DNA of 64,000 bases from an uncultured bacterium (GCA_963793725.1 CAWCAY010000004.1:113295-177294); one strand, 5' to 3'; numbered from the stretch's first letter, positions 38,546 to 49,586 are shown. A program made the numbers and translations. The notes: generated by a model from the letters alone, not told the origin.

Positions 38546-39553
38546 ATGAAGATACTGGTCACCGGCGGCGCCGGCTTCATCGGCAGCCACTTCGTGCGCC
38601 TGGTCCTGCGCGAGCGGCCGGACTGGGACGTCATCAACCTGGACAAGCTCACCTACGCCGGCAACCTGGAGAACCTGGCCGACGTCGCCGGGAACCCGCG
38701 CTACCGTTTCGTGCAGGGGGACATCGGCGACCCGGAGGCCGCCGGGCGGGTCATGGAGGGAGTCGATGCGGTGGTCAACTTCGCCGCCGAGACGCACGTC
38801 GACCGGTCGATCATGTCGGCCGACGAGTTCCTGCGGACCGACATCCTGGGCGTGCACAACCTGCTGGAGACGGCCCGGAAGGTCAAGACCACCGCCCGGT
38901 TCGTCCAGATCTCCACCGACGAGGTCTACGGCAGCATCGCCACCGGGTCGGCGACCGAGGACGCGCCCCTGACCCCCAACAGCCCGTATGCCTCCAGCAA
39001 GGCCGGCGGAGACCTGCTCGCCCTGGCCTATCACCGGACCCACGGCCTGCCGGTGATCATCACCCGGTCGTCGAACAACTACGGCCCCAACCAGTACCCC
39101 GAGAAGGTCATCCCGCTGTTCATCACCAACCTGCTCGAGGGGAGGAAGGTGCCCCTCTACGGCGACGGCCGGAACGTGCGCGACTGGCTCCACGTCGAGG
39201 ACAACTGCCGGGCGGTGCTGCTCGTCCTCGAGAAGGGCGAGGTCGGGCAGGCGTACAACATCGGCGGCGGCCACGAGCTGACCAACAAGGAACTGACCTC
39301 GCAGATCATCGCCGCCATGGGCAAGGGGCCGGAGTGGATCGAGCCGGTGACCGACCGCCCCGGGCACGACCGGCGCTACAGCGTCGACTGCGCCAGGACC
39401 CGCGCCCTGGGTTGGGAGCCCCGGATTGCCTTCGATCGCGGGCTGGCCGAGACGATCGCCTGGTACACCGCCAACCGCGGCTGGTGGGAGCGCATCAAGA
39501 GCGGCGAGTACCGCGACTACTACCGGCAGCAGTACCGGAACGCCGGCCGATGA
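38546..39553 (+). CDS. rfbB: dTDP-glucose 4,6-dehydratase
   Basis: GGAGFIGS, DKLTYAGN, FAAETHVDRS, STDEVYG, PYASSKA, NNYGPNQYPEK, DRPGHDRRY. Confidence 0.96.
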   Translation: MKILVTGGAGFIGSHFVRLVLRERPDWDVINLDKLTYAGNLENLADVAGNPRYRFVQGDIGDPEAAGRVMEGVDAVVNFAAETHVDRSIMSADEFLRTDILGVHNLLETARKVKTTARFVQISTDEVYGSIATGSATEDAPLTPNSPYASSKAGGDLLALAYHRTHGLPVIITRSSNNYGPNQYPEKVIPLFITNLLEGRKVPLYGDGRNVRDWLHVEDNCRAVLLVLEKGEVGQAYNIGGGHELTNKELTSQIIAAMGKGPEWIEPVTDRPGHDRRYSVDCARTRALGWEPRIAFDRGLAETIAWYTANRGWWERIKSGEYRDYYRQQYRNAGR

Positions 39554-40416
39554 CCGGAGGCGGCCGGCCCTCCGTCCTGATAACCGGCGCCAGCGGCTTG
39601 CTGGGCTTCAGCCTCCAGCGCGAGTTCGGGGATGACTGGCGGCTGCTGATGCCCGACCTGGACGAGTTCGACATCCTCCGGCGGAGCGAGACGATCGACT
39701 GGATCACCGGCCACCGGCCCGACCTGGTCATTCATTGCGCCGCCTACACCGCCGTGGACAAGGCCGAGGAGGAGCCGGATCTGGCGTATGCGCTGAACCG
39801 CGACGGCACCGCCACGGTGGTCGAGGGGGCCTGCCGTTGTGACGCGCCGGTGGTCTACATCAGCACCGACTACGTCTTCGACGGCAGGAAGGGCGCCGCC
39901 TACACCGAGGAGGACGAGCCGCGAGCGCAGGGTGTCTATGCCGCCTCGAAGCTGGCCGGCGAGGAGGTGGTCAGGCAGATGACCGCCGACCACCTGATCG
40001 TCAGGACGGCGTGGATCTTCGGCCCCGGGCGGCCCAATTTCGTGCTGACCATGGCTCGACGCGCCGAAGCCGGCACGCCGGTGCGGGTGGTCGACGACCA
40101 GACGGGTTCGCCGACCTACCTGCCGCACCTGGCCAGGGGGATGCGGTGCCTCTGGGCGGCCGGCGCGCGGGGGACCTTCCACGTGGTCAACTCGGGCCAG
40201 GCCACCTGGTTCGACCTGACCCGCGAGACGTACCGGCTGGCCGGGGCCGATCCGAGCCTCGTCACCACCCAGACCACCGCCGAGCTGAACCGGCCGGCGC
40301 CCAGGCCGGCCTTCTCGGTGCTGGACAACTCGCTATACACCCGCACGACGGGGGCTCGCATGCCCGACTGGCGGGAGGGACTGGCCGACTACTTCTCACT
40401 GCGCGACCTCTGGTGA
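39550..40416 (+). CDS. rfbD: dTDP-4-dehydrorhamnose reductase
   Basis: GASGLLG, HCAAYTAVDKAE, ISTDYVFDG, YAASKLAGE, DQTGSPT, RPAPRPAFSVLD. Confidence 0.95.
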   Translation: MTGGGRPSVLITGASGLLGFSLQREFGDDWRLLMPDLDEFDILRRSETIDWITGHRPDLVIHCAAYTAVDKAEEEPDLAYALNRDGTATVVEGACRCDAPVVYISTDYVFDGRKGAAYTEEDEPRAQGVYAASKLAGEEVVRQMTADHLIVRTAWIFGPGRPNFVLTMARRAEAGTPVRVVDDQTGSPTYLPHLARGMRCLWAAGARGTFHVVNSGQATWFDLTRETYRLAGADPSLVTTQTTAELNRPAPRPAFSVLDNSLYTRTTGARMPDWREGLADYFSLRDLW

Positions 40417-40425
40417 CCCTCGCCA

Positions 40426-40614
40426 GAAGCCAGCCCGGGATGGCCGGGGACTCACCACCCTGCTACAGAGGGGGCGCGGGGTCCTGACGCCTCTCACCCC
40501 CATGAAGTGCTCGCGAACGGACTGCGCGCTTCATGGGGGTCCCCCGTCGGCGTCACCCCGCCCCCACTTGTAGAGACATGTTTGGCTGCCTCACGGTTAT
40601 TCCGGGCAGGCTGT
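40426..40614 (-). ncRNA. ssrS: Probable 6S RNA (about 190-nt rod-like structured RNA)
   Basis: Minus strand folds by eye: closing stem AGCC.GCCCGG.AT with ATCCCGGGC.GGCT; internal asymmetric loop near GCAGCCAAACATGTCTCTACAAG (resembles the 6S bubble GAGCC...ACAAG); inner stems GCGGGGT/ACCCCGC, GACGCC/GGCGTC, CCCCCATGAAG/CTTCATGGGGG. A second homologous core at 53.9 kb lowers certainty. Confidence 0.55.
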
Positions 40615-40624
40615 CGGCGAACAG

Positions 40625-41641
40625 TTATGAGCGCTTGCCGGCGATGAACTCCTCGGCCCAACCCACTTCCAGCTTGCTGCCGATGAAGATCGGCACGCGC
40701 TGGTGGAGCTTGTCGGGGACCACCTCCATCGTCCGCCCGGTTCCGGTCGAGGCCGCGCCGCCGGCCTGCTCGACGACGAACGACATGGGCGCCACCTCGT
40801 ACTGCAGGCGCAGTTTCCCCTTCGGCTTGGCCGGGTCCTTGTGGTCCATCGGGTACATGAAGATGCCGCCGTACAGCAGCGTCCGGTGGAAGTCGGCCAC
40901 CAGGCTGCCGATGTAGCGGGTGCCGTAGGGCGAGCGGCCGTCGACCGGGCTCTTCAGGAACTCGACGTAGCGCTGGACCTCGGGTTGCCAGTAGAGGTGA
41001 TTCCCCTCGTTGACGCTGTAGTACTTCCCCTTGGGCGGTATCTTGATATCCGGGTGCGACAGCAGGAACTCGCCGATCGACGGGTCGAGAGTGAAGCCGT
41101 GGACGCCGGTGCCGGTGGTGTAGACCATCATCGTCGACGCGCCGTACAGGAAATAGCCCGCGCATGCCTGCGACGTGCCCGGCTGCAGCAGATCCTGCAT
41201 GCAGCCGTCGCCGCCGGGGGAGACCCGCCGTTGGATCGAGAAGATGGTGCCGATGGGGGCGTTGGCGTCGATGTTGGTCGAGCCGTCCAGGGGGTCGAAC
41301 AGCAGCACGTACTTCCCCTTGGGGTACTTGTCGGGGATCAGGATCGGCTCCTCGACCTCCTCCGAGGCCATGACGCACAGGTGCCCGGTGTGGCTCATGT
41401 TCTTGATGATCGTCTCGTTGGCGAACTCGTCCAGCTTCTGGACCTCCTCGCCCTGGACGTTCTTCTTGCCGGTCAGCCCCAGCACTTCCACCAGGCCGGC
41501 CTTGGTGACCTCGCGCGAGATGATCTTGGCGCAGACGATCAGCTCCGACAGCAGCAGCGAGAACTCGCCCGTGGCCGAGGGATGGGCCACCTGCTCCTCC
41601 ATGATGAACTTGGTCAGGGTCATGCCGGTTTCGTAGGCCAT
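40625..41641 (-). CDS. fbp: Class 1 fructose-1,6-bisphosphatase
   Basis: GEEVQKLD, ASEE, FDPLDGSTNID, YSVNEGN, RYIGSLVADFHR, KLRLQYE; AGGAGG before ATG 41641. Confidence 0.96.
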   Translation of the reverse strand: MAYETGMTLTKFIMEEQVAHPSATGEFSLLLSELIVCAKIISREVTKAGLVEVLGLTGKKNVQGEEVQKLDEFANETIIKNMSHTGHLCVMASEEVEEPILIPDKYPKGKYVLLFDPLDGSTNIDANAPIGTIFSIQRRVSPGGDGCMQDLLQPGTSQACAGYFLYGASTMMVYTTGTGVHGFTLDPSIGEFLLSHPDIKIPPKGKYYSVNEGNHLYWQPEVQRYVEFLKSPVDGRSPYGTRYIGSLVADFHRTLLYGGIFMYPMDHKDPAKPKGKLRLQYEVAPMSFVVEQAGGAASTGTGRTMEVVPDKLHQRVPIFIGSKLEVGWAEEFIAGKRS

Positions 41642-41806
41642 CACGCCTCCTTTGACAGCGTTGGACCAAGCCTCGTTCGCCGATTCGCCGGCCGCCACCA
41701 CACGGCCCGGCCGGCTGCCACTTGCCGGCTTCATTATCCGTCCGCCGGCCGCGCGATTCAAGAGGGAATAGGTGAGCGCCAGGCCCGGCCAAAGTTGCGG
41801 TATCGT

Positions 41807-41834
41807 TTGACAATCGGGCGTTTTTGACCATAAT
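41807..41834 (+). promoter_or_regulatory. Putative sigma70 promoter of the polysaccharide genes
   Basis: TTGACA (41807-41812), 16 bp, CATAAT (41829-41834). Confidence 0.55.
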
Positions 41835-41872
41835 AGAGCACCACGCGAATCATGATTCCCGAGGAGGATCAG

Positions 41873-42842
41873 GTGAAGACACTCATCACGGGTTTGACCG
41901 GTTTTGTCGGCAGCCACTTGGCCGAGTACCTGCTGGAGAAAGGTTTCGAGGTCCACGGCACCATCCGCTGGCGCAGCCGGCAGGAGAACATCCGCCACAT
42001 CGCCCCCCGGCTGAAGCTGCACGAGTGCGACCTGCAGGACGCCTGGTCGGTCCGCCGGACCATCGCCGCGGTGCGCCCCGACCGGATCTACCACCTGGCC
42101 GCGCAGAGCTTCGTGCCCACCAGTTGGCACTCGCCCGAGCAGACCATGTCGAACAACGTCATCGGCCAGCTCAACATCTTCGAGGCCCTCGTGGTCCGAG
42201 GGGCTCACCGACACCCGGATCCAGATCGCCTGCTCCTCCGAGGAGTACGGCATGGTCTACGAGCACGAGGCGCCGATCACCGAGACCAATCCGCTGCGGC
42301 CGCTATCGACCTACGCCGTCAGCAAGGTCGCCCAGGACTTCATGGCCTACCAGTACTTCAAGAGCTACGGCATCTTCACCGTGCGCACCCGCGGCTTCAA
42401 CCACACCGGCCCGCGGCGCGGCGACGTCTTCGTGACCACCAACTTCGCCCGGCAGGTGGCCGACATCGAGGCCGGCCTGAAGGCGCCGGTCATCCACGTC
42501 GGCAACCTCGAGGCCCGCCGCGACTTCACCGACGTGCGCGACATGGTCCACGGCTACTGGCTCAGCCTGGAGAAGTGCGAGCCGGGCGAGGTCTACAACA
42601 TCGCCTCGGGCAAGGCATATGCCATCCAGGAGGTGCTGGAGATCCTCCTTTCCTACAGCACCGCCAAGGTCGACGTGCAGGTCGACCCCGAGCGGCTGCG
42701 CCCCTCGGACGTGCCCCTGCTGCTCGGCGACGCCGGCAAGTTCCGGCTGGCCACCGGCTGGGAGCCGACGATCCCCTTCGAGAAGACGATGGAGGACCTG
42801 CTCAACTACTGGCGCGCGGTCATCAAGGCCCAGCGGGGCTGA
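41873..42842 (+). CDS. GDP-mannose 4,6-dehydratase / Rmd-like extended SDR; one apparent frameshift near 42200
   Basis: ITGLTGFVGSHLA, YHLAAQSFVPTSW, SSEEYG, YAVSK, FNHTGPRR, GNLEARRDFTDVRD. Confidence 0.85.
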
Positions 42843-42847
42843 TCGGC

Positions 42848-43804
42848 ATGCGGGCGCTGGTCACCGGCGTGGCCGGTTTCGCCGGCAGCCACCTGGCCGA
42901 ACACCTCCTGGCCATGGGGGACGCGGTCGCCGGGACCGTCCTGGCCGACGAGTCAACGGCCAACATCGCCCACCTGGGGACCGGCGTCACGCTGTTCCAG
43001 GCCGATGTGCGCGACCATGCGGCGCTGGCGGCCGCCTTCGCCTCCTTCCGGCCGGAAGCCGTCTACCACCTGGCCGGCATGGCATCCGTCGGGGAGGCCT
43101 GGAAAAACATGCCCAGGACACTCGAGGTGAATGCCCTCGGCTTGGTCAACGTGATCGCCGCGGCCAGCGAAACCGGTTCCCCGGGGGTGCTGGCGGTCGG
43201 TTCGGGGGAGGAGTACGGCCGTGTTCCGGCCGACAGCCAGCCGATCGTCGAGGATACCCCGCTCGCCCCGCTGAGCCCGTACGCCCTCTCCAAGGTCTGG
43301 CAGGAGGAAGCCGGCCGGTTCTTCCATTCGCGGGGCTACCCGGTCTGCCTGGTGCGCTCGTTCAACCACGCCGGCCCCCGGCAGTCGAAGCTCTTCGTCT
43401 GCGCCGACTTCGCCTCCCAGGTGGCCGAGATCGAGGCGGGCCTCCGGGAGCCGGTCATCCGGGTGGGCAATCTGGAGGCGCGACGCGACTTCACGGACGT
43501 GCGGGACGTCGTCGTCGCCTACCGGCTGGTGGTGACCCGGGGCACGCCGGGCGTGCCGTACAACGTCGGCTCCGGGGTCGCCCGGTCGATCGGCGAGGTG
43601 CTCGACACCCTGCGGGGCTACGCCCGTGTGCCGGTGACGGTCGAGCCCGAACCGTCGCGGATCCGGCCGGCCGACGTGCCGGTCCTGGCCGGCGACGCCT
43701 CGCGGCTACGGCGCGCCACCGGCTGGGAGCCGCGCATCCCGTTCGAACAGACCCTGCGGGACCTGCTCGACCACGAGCGCCGCTCGCTGGCCGCCCGTCG
43801 ATGA
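42848..43804 (+). CDS. Second GDP-mannose 4,6-dehydratase / GDP-4-keto-6-deoxymannose reductase-like SDR
   Basis: VTGVAGFAGSHLA, YHLAG, SGEEYG, PYALSK, FNHAGPRQS, GNLEARRDFTDVRD. Confidence 0.88.
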   Translation: MRALVTGVAGFAGSHLAEHLLAMGDAVAGTVLADESTANIAHLGTGVTLFQADVRDHAALAAAFASFRPEAVYHLAGMASVGEAWKNMPRTLEVNALGLVNVIAAASETGSPGVLAVGSGEEYGRVPADSQPIVEDTPLAPLSPYALSKVWQEEAGRFFHSRGYPVCLVRSFNHAGPRQSKLFVCADFASQVAEIEAGLREPVIRVGNLEARRDFTDVRDVVVAYRLVVTRGTPGVPYNVGSGVARSIGEVLDTLRGYARVPVTVEPEPSRIRPADVPVLAGDASRLRRATGWEPRIPFEQTLRDLLDHERRSLAARR

Positions 43805-45039
43805 ACGCCATCACCGCCCGCGGCCTGGGGAAGCGTTTCCGCCGGAGCACCACGCCGTCGGCGCCGACGATCAAGGAGCGGGTGGTGGAGTTCCTCACCC
43901 GGGGCGGCGGCGGGGGCACCGAGGAGTTCTGGGCGCTGCGCGACGTCTCGTTCGAGGTCGGCAAGGGGGAGATGTTCGGCGTGGTCGGCTCGAACGGTTC
44001 GGGGAAGAGCACCCTGCTCAAGCTCCTGGCCGGGATCTACCGGCCGGACGAGGGGACGCTCGAGTGCCCAGGGGCGGGTGACCTCGCTGATCGAGCTGGG
44101 CGCCGGATTCCACCCCGACCTGACGGGGCGCGAGAACATCCTCATCAACGGGCTCCTGATCGGTCTGACTCGCGGTCGTACATCCGCCAGGTGACCGACG
44201 ACATCATCGCCTTCTCCGGCCTGGAGCGGTTCATCGACAGCCCGGTGCGCACCTACTCCTCGGGCATGTACATGCGCCTCGGCTTCGCCATCGCCGCCCA
44301 CGCCGAGCCGGACATCCTGCTGGTGGACGAGATCCTGGCCGTCGGCGACGAGTACTTCCAGCACCGCTGCCTCGGCCGGATCAACGACTTCCGCCGCGAA
44401 GGGCAGGACGATCCTGCTGGTGTCGCACGACCTGGGCACGGTGGCCCGCCACTGCGACCGGATCCTGTGGATCGACCGGGGCGCGGTCCGGGGCGCTGGG
44501 GCACCCGCGGCAGATGATCGACGCCTACCTCGAGACGGTCGAGGAGCAGGAGGCCGCCCGGGTGATGGCCAGCCACCACCGGATGGAGGTCCACGACGCG
44601 CCGGGGGGCGGGAAGCGATGGGGCTCAGGGCGAGGTGCTGATCACCTCGGTCCGGATGGAAGGGCGGGCCGGCGGGAGCGCTACCTCTTCCACACCGGCG
44701 AGGCGGCGCGGATCAGGATCGGCTGGCGGGTCCCCGGGGAGCCGGTGGACGAGGCCGTCTTCGGCGTGGCTTTCCAGCGCGACGACGGCGTGGCCTGCTA
44801 CGGCACCAACACCCGCATCGAGGGGATCGAAACTGCCGACGCTCTCGGGCGAGGGGGAGATCCTGTTCGAGATCGGCGACCTGCCGCTCTTGCAAGGTTC
44901 CTACCGTTTCGACGTGGCCGCCCACCGGCCCGACGAGTATCCGTACGACTTCCATAGCCGGATGTACGGCTTCGAGGTCCGGAGCGCGCTTCGGGAGCTC
45001 GGCGTGGCCCGGATTTCCCACCGCTGGGTGGTTCCCTGA
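43801..45039 (+). CDS. wzt: Polysaccharide ABC-transporter ATP-binding subunit with C-terminal Wzt_C domain; several apparent frameshifts
   Basis: FWALRDVSFEV, GSNGSGKST, IELGAGFHPDLTGREN, YSSGMYMRLGFA, DEILAVGD, VSHD; C-terminal FGVAF...YGTN, LLQGSYRFDVA. Confidence 0.88.
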
Positions 45040-45048
45040 GGGACCCAG

Positions 45049-46319
45049 ATGCCGGCCGCCGGCGAGCGTCCCGACGTGGACCTGCTGATGGCCCGGGTGC
45101 GGGCGGTCGCCGCCCAGCGGCTCCGGGTCGGGCTACTACCGGCCGGAGGAGCTCGAGAGATCCGGCGGATGGAGGCCGACGTGGCCGCCCGGGGAAGCGG
45201 CGGCCCCGACCTGGAGGATGCGCTGTCGCGCCTGCACGCCGCCTGGGACCCGACCGCCCCGGTGGAGATCTTCGTCGCACCGCCCGGTGCTCGGCCGGGT
45301 GATCGTCCCGGTGAAGCGGGCGGCCATGCGGGTGCTGCGGCCCTTCGCGCGGATGGCCCTGAGCCGGCAGGCGGCCTTCGACGGGGAGGTCACCCGGCTG
45401 CTGACGATGGCCGTCCGCAGGGCGGGGAACATGGACGTCAGGCTCCGGGAACTGGAGCGGGAGCACCGGGAGCTCCTCGAGCGCCACCGGCGGCTGCTCG
45501 GGAAGTCGAGGAAACCGGCGGAGCGCGAATCCCACCCGCAGGCACTGCCGTCGGCCCCGGTCGGAAGCGAGCGGGAGCGGAGTCCTCCCCGCCCACCGAC
45601 TGCTCGCCGGCCGCCGCGGCGCCGGGGGCGTCGTACGTCGCCTTCGAGGACCGCCACCGCGGTTCGCCCGGAGGAGATTGCCGCGCGCCAGCGCGTCTAC
45701 GTGGCGCTGTTCGACCGGGGTGCCCGGGCCGGTGCTCGACGCCGGCTGCGGCAGGGGGGAGTTCCTCGACCTGCTGCGGCGCGGCGGGCGTGGCCGCCTA
45801 CGGCGTTGACGCCGACGCGGAGATGGTCGAGCGCTGCCGCCGCCGTGGGCTCGACGTCCGGCGGGGGGACCTGATCGAACACCTCCGCTCGCTCGCGGCG
45901 GCATCCCTCGGCGGGATCTTCGCCGGCCAGGTGGTCGAGCACCTCGACACGCCCGGCCTGCTCGACTTCATCGGCTTGGCCCGCGACAAGATCGCCGCTG
46001 GCGGGCGCCTGGTGATCGAGACGATCAATCCGGCGGCGCTGGCCACATTCTCCGGCGCCTTCTACCTCGACCTGACGCATGTCCGGCCGGTCCACCCGAG
46101 TCGCCCTGCGGCGGGCGGTCGAGGCGGCCGGCTTCGGCGCCGTCGGGATCGTCGGCCGGTCGCCCCTGCCGGGCGACGCCAAGATGCGGATGACCAGGCC
46201 GGTCGGGCCGGTGGAAGGCGGCCCCGGCGGACTGATCGACATCCTCGACGCGAAACTTCGCCCGGATCAACGGACTCGATCTACGGTGACCAGGACTATG
46301 CCCTTTTGCCATCCGGTGA
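45049..46319 (+). CDS. Class I SAM methyltransferase with N-terminal coiled coil; multiple apparent frameshifts
   Basis: Across frames: YVAFEDRHRG, LDAGCGRGEFL, GIFAGQVVEHL, LVIETINP, FYLDLTHVRPVHP, YGDQDYA; clear paralog of 51510-52760. Confidence 0.78.
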
Positions 46320-47538
46320 CGTCGCCACGCTGACCTTCGTCGTCCCCTGGTTCGGGGCCGACGTCCGGGGCGGGGCCGAGCTCCAGGCCTGGGAAACGGT
46401 CCGCCAGATGGCCCGGCCCGCGGCTGGGCGGTCGAACTCTGGACGACCTGCTCGCGCTCTTTCCTGGCGCGCTGGGACGAGAATGCTCACCCGTCGGGCA
46501 CGGCGCTGGTCGACGGGGTCACGGTGCGGCGCTTCCCGGTCGATCCGCGGGACGAGGCGCTCTTCGGCTCGCTGAACGGGCTGCTCCTCGCCGGCGGGCG
46601 CCTCTCTCGCGGCCCAGGAGGCGTCGTTCGTCGCCAACAGCATCAACAGCGCCGACTTGTGCCGGTCGATCGCCGGGGAGGGGGACCGGCGCATGTTCGT
46701 CTTCATCCCCTACCTGTACGGGACGACCGTCGCTGGGGCCGCCGTCCGGCCGGACCGCTCACTGCTGATGCCCTGCTTCCACGACGAGCCGTACGGCCAC
46801 CTGGATGGCGGAAACGGATGTTCGGCGCGGTCCGGGGGATGCTCTACCTCGCCCCGGAGGAGCGCGCTGGCGCTGGAGCGGGTGGTTGGCGCCGGCGATT
46901 CCGGGAGTGGTGGTCGGCGGCGGGATCGACATCCCAGCCGCCGGCGATCCGGAGCGGTTCCGGCGCGAGACGGGCATCGGCGGGGAGTTCATGGTGTGCG
47001 TCGGCCGGATCGATCCGGGAAAGAACACCCACCAGTTGGCGGCCTACTTCGATGCCTGGGTCAGGCGCCGTGGGGGAGCGCGAGAAGCTGGTGCTGATCG
47101 GCGGGGGAGAAATGCGCCTGCCGGAGGGCGGTTCGGTGGTCAACCTCGGGCCACGCCCGGAGCGGGTCCGGAACGACGCCTGCGCCGCGGCGGCCGTCCT
47201 CTGCCAGCCGTCGGTCAACGAGAGCTTCTCGCGGGTGATCATGGAAGCCTGGCTGCAGGAGACGCCGGTGTTGGTCAACGGCCGCTGCGCGGTCACCCTC
47301 GGGCACTGCCGCCGGAGCGGAGGCGGGCTCTGGTTCGAGGACTACCACCAGTTCGCCGCGGCTGCCGAACTGCTGCTGGGCAACCGGGATGTGCGGGAGC
47401 GATCTCGGCCGTGCCGGCCGGCGTTACGTGCTCGACAACTACGGCTGGGACGCGGTCGTCGAACGGACCGTCGGGGCCATCGAGGAACTCTCGGGATGCA
47501 GGATCGGGCGGAAGGTGCCCGCTCAAGAAAGGTCTTGA
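46320..47538 (+). CDS. GT4 glycosyltransferase; multiple apparent frameshifts, start uncertain
   Basis: FVVPWFG...GGAE, FIPYLYGTT, HDEP, GRIDPGKN, QPSVNESFSRVIMEAW; ends TGA 47536-47538. Confidence 0.78.
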
Positions 47539-47581
47539 CGAAAGAGATTCTATGTCCAATAATGTCCATCGAAGTCCTTGG

Positions 47582-47647
47582 CTGTCAACTGATGGTGGGT
47601 CATGAGAATAAAAACAGTTGACAGGGATGGGGGACCGGCGTAATAAT
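47582..47647 (+). promoter_or_regulatory. sigma70-type promoter with a 10-bp inverted repeat overlapping the -35 box
   Basis: CTGTCAACTG (47582-47591) and CAGTTGACAG (47615-47624) are exact reverse complements; TTGACA (47618-47623), 18 bp, AATAAT (47642-47647). Confidence 0.6.
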
Positions 47648-47849
47648 ACCCGGTTCAGAAGGACGGTGTGCATGGAGGTTGGCGAATAATCTCCGGGCAA
47701 CTGAATAGCCCCGGGTTATCATATGGAAAACGGCCAACCAGCCTGCTAGGACAGGAAGAGGGAGGTGGTCACCGGAAACCTAGGTCATGCAGACATCTGG
47801 ACGACTGTGTGAGACAAAATAGCCACCCGCATTCAGGAGGACACATAAC

Positions 47850-48450
47850 GTGAAGAAGATGCTTAAGTACATTGCCCTCGGTATCGCCGTTTCGCTCGTG
47901 CTGGCCGGTTGCGCCAAGCCGCCCGAGGCGGAGAAGACCGCCGCCCAGGCTTCCATCGACGCCGCTGTCGCCGCTGGCGCCAACGTCTATGGCAAGGACG
48001 AGCTCCAGGCCCTCAACAGCCTGCTGGTCCAGGCCGATGATCAGATCAAGTCGCAGGAAGGCAAGCTCTTCAAGAAGTACGACGAGGCGAAGGCCACCCT
48101 GGCCAAGGCCAAGGCTGATGCCGAGTCCCTGACCGCCCAGATTCCGGCCCGCAAGGAAGAGGCCAAGAAGAACGCCCTGGCCGCTCTCGAGGCCGCCAAG
48201 GCCGCCGTCTCCGAGGCCAAGGCTCTGCTTGCCAAGGCCCCCAAGGGCAAGGGCACCAAGGCTGACATCGAGGCCATGACCGCCGACCTGAAGGGTCTCG
48301 AGGACTCCCTGCCGGGCGTCGAGGCCGCCGATCACCGCCGAGGACTTCTTCGGCGCTTCCGACAAGGCCAAGGCGATCAACGACGGCGCCGCCCGCGTCG
48401 CCGAGCAGGTCAAGGCTGCGATCGAGAAGAAGACCGGCAAGAGGCCGTAG
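47850..48450 (+). CDS. Ala/Lys-rich helical lipoprotein (DUF4398-like); one apparent frameshift near 48330
   Basis: GGAGG RBS; lipobox LAGC; after the shift reads ITAEDFFGASDKAKAINDGAARVAEQVKAAIEKKTGKRP to TAG 48448-48450. Confidence 0.8.
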
Positions 48451-48482
48451 TAGTAGCGACTCAGAATCACGGGTTGCGAATC

Positions 48483-49586
48483 ATGAAGCACCGCCAGGCG
48501 ACGGGAAGGGCTATCGCCCTGGCGGTGCTTTTTCTTTGCGGCTGCGCCGGCCCGGCGGTCCCACCCGAGGTGAGGCTGGCCGAGCAGATGGGGCAGCGCC
48601 TCTGGAAGGCCGGTGCGGCCGAGGCGGCGCCCGAGTCGTACCGCCGCTACCTGGCTGACTTGCGGCGGGCCAAGGACCGCTTCCTGCGCGGAGAGGAACC
48701 GTCTGGCGTGGTTCCGCGACTACGAACCGACGGCCATCGAACTCCGGTACCTGCTCCAGCGCGGCGGGACGGTCATGGGAAGAATTCGCCGGGAGCGGAA
48801 CATGCGCACGTGCCCGCATCGCCGACAAGAGCCAGGCACTCCTGGCCAAGGCCGAAGGGATCGAGAACCTGAGCAACGCGCATGAACGAGGGGAGGCTGG
48901 CCCGCCGGAACCTCTCCAAGGCCGAAGCTGATGATCCACGAGGCGGGTTACCTGTCCAGGCGCCGCCGCTTCGACGAGGCCGACAATGTGCTGTTCGAGG
49001 CGGAGATCGCGCTGCAAGAGCGCCGCGGCCGCGGTCAGGCCGATCGTCAACCGATTCTGCGACCGCAAGCAGGTCGCCCAGTGGCGGTCCTGGGTGGACG
49101 AGACCATCCACGAGTCCAAGAGCCGGAGCATCACCGCCATCGTGGTCGACAAGGTAGCCCGCGACCTGACCATCTACCGCGACGGCAGTGTCCTCCGAGA
49201 CTTACCGGGTGGGTTTGGGCAGGAACGGGCTGACCGACAAGCTCTATGCCGGCGACCAGGCCACGCCCGAGGGGCGTACCGCATCATCAAGAAGGTTCCC
49301 CGGAGCCGGTACTACAAGGCGCTGCTGATCAACTACCCGAACGACGAGGACCGGCGCCAGTTCGCCCAGGCCAAGCGGCGCGGCCTCATCCCCCCCCGCG
49401 CCGGCATCGGCAGCCTGATCGAGATCCACGGCGGCGGGGACGAGGGGATGACCTACGGCTGCGTCTCGCTCGACGACCGCCACATGGAGGAGATCTTCGG
49501 CATCGCCGACGTGGGCACGCCGGTGACCATCGTCGGCACCACCGCCATTCGACAACAGCGTGACCGCGGCCGGCAATGAACTCTAG
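48483..49586 (+). CDS. L,D-transpeptidase (YkuD) lipoprotein with helical N-terminus; multiple apparent frameshifts, end approximate
   Basis: Lipobox LCGC; IVVDKVARDL, ATPEG, YYKALLINYPN, catalytic IEIHGGG...MTYGC. Confidence 0.8.

Noticed and set aside
47650-47850. Known riboswitch (c-di-GMP, c-di-AMP, fluoride, THF) in the leader
   Set aside because: Key consensus elements could not be matched by eye; kept only as an unassigned structured leader.
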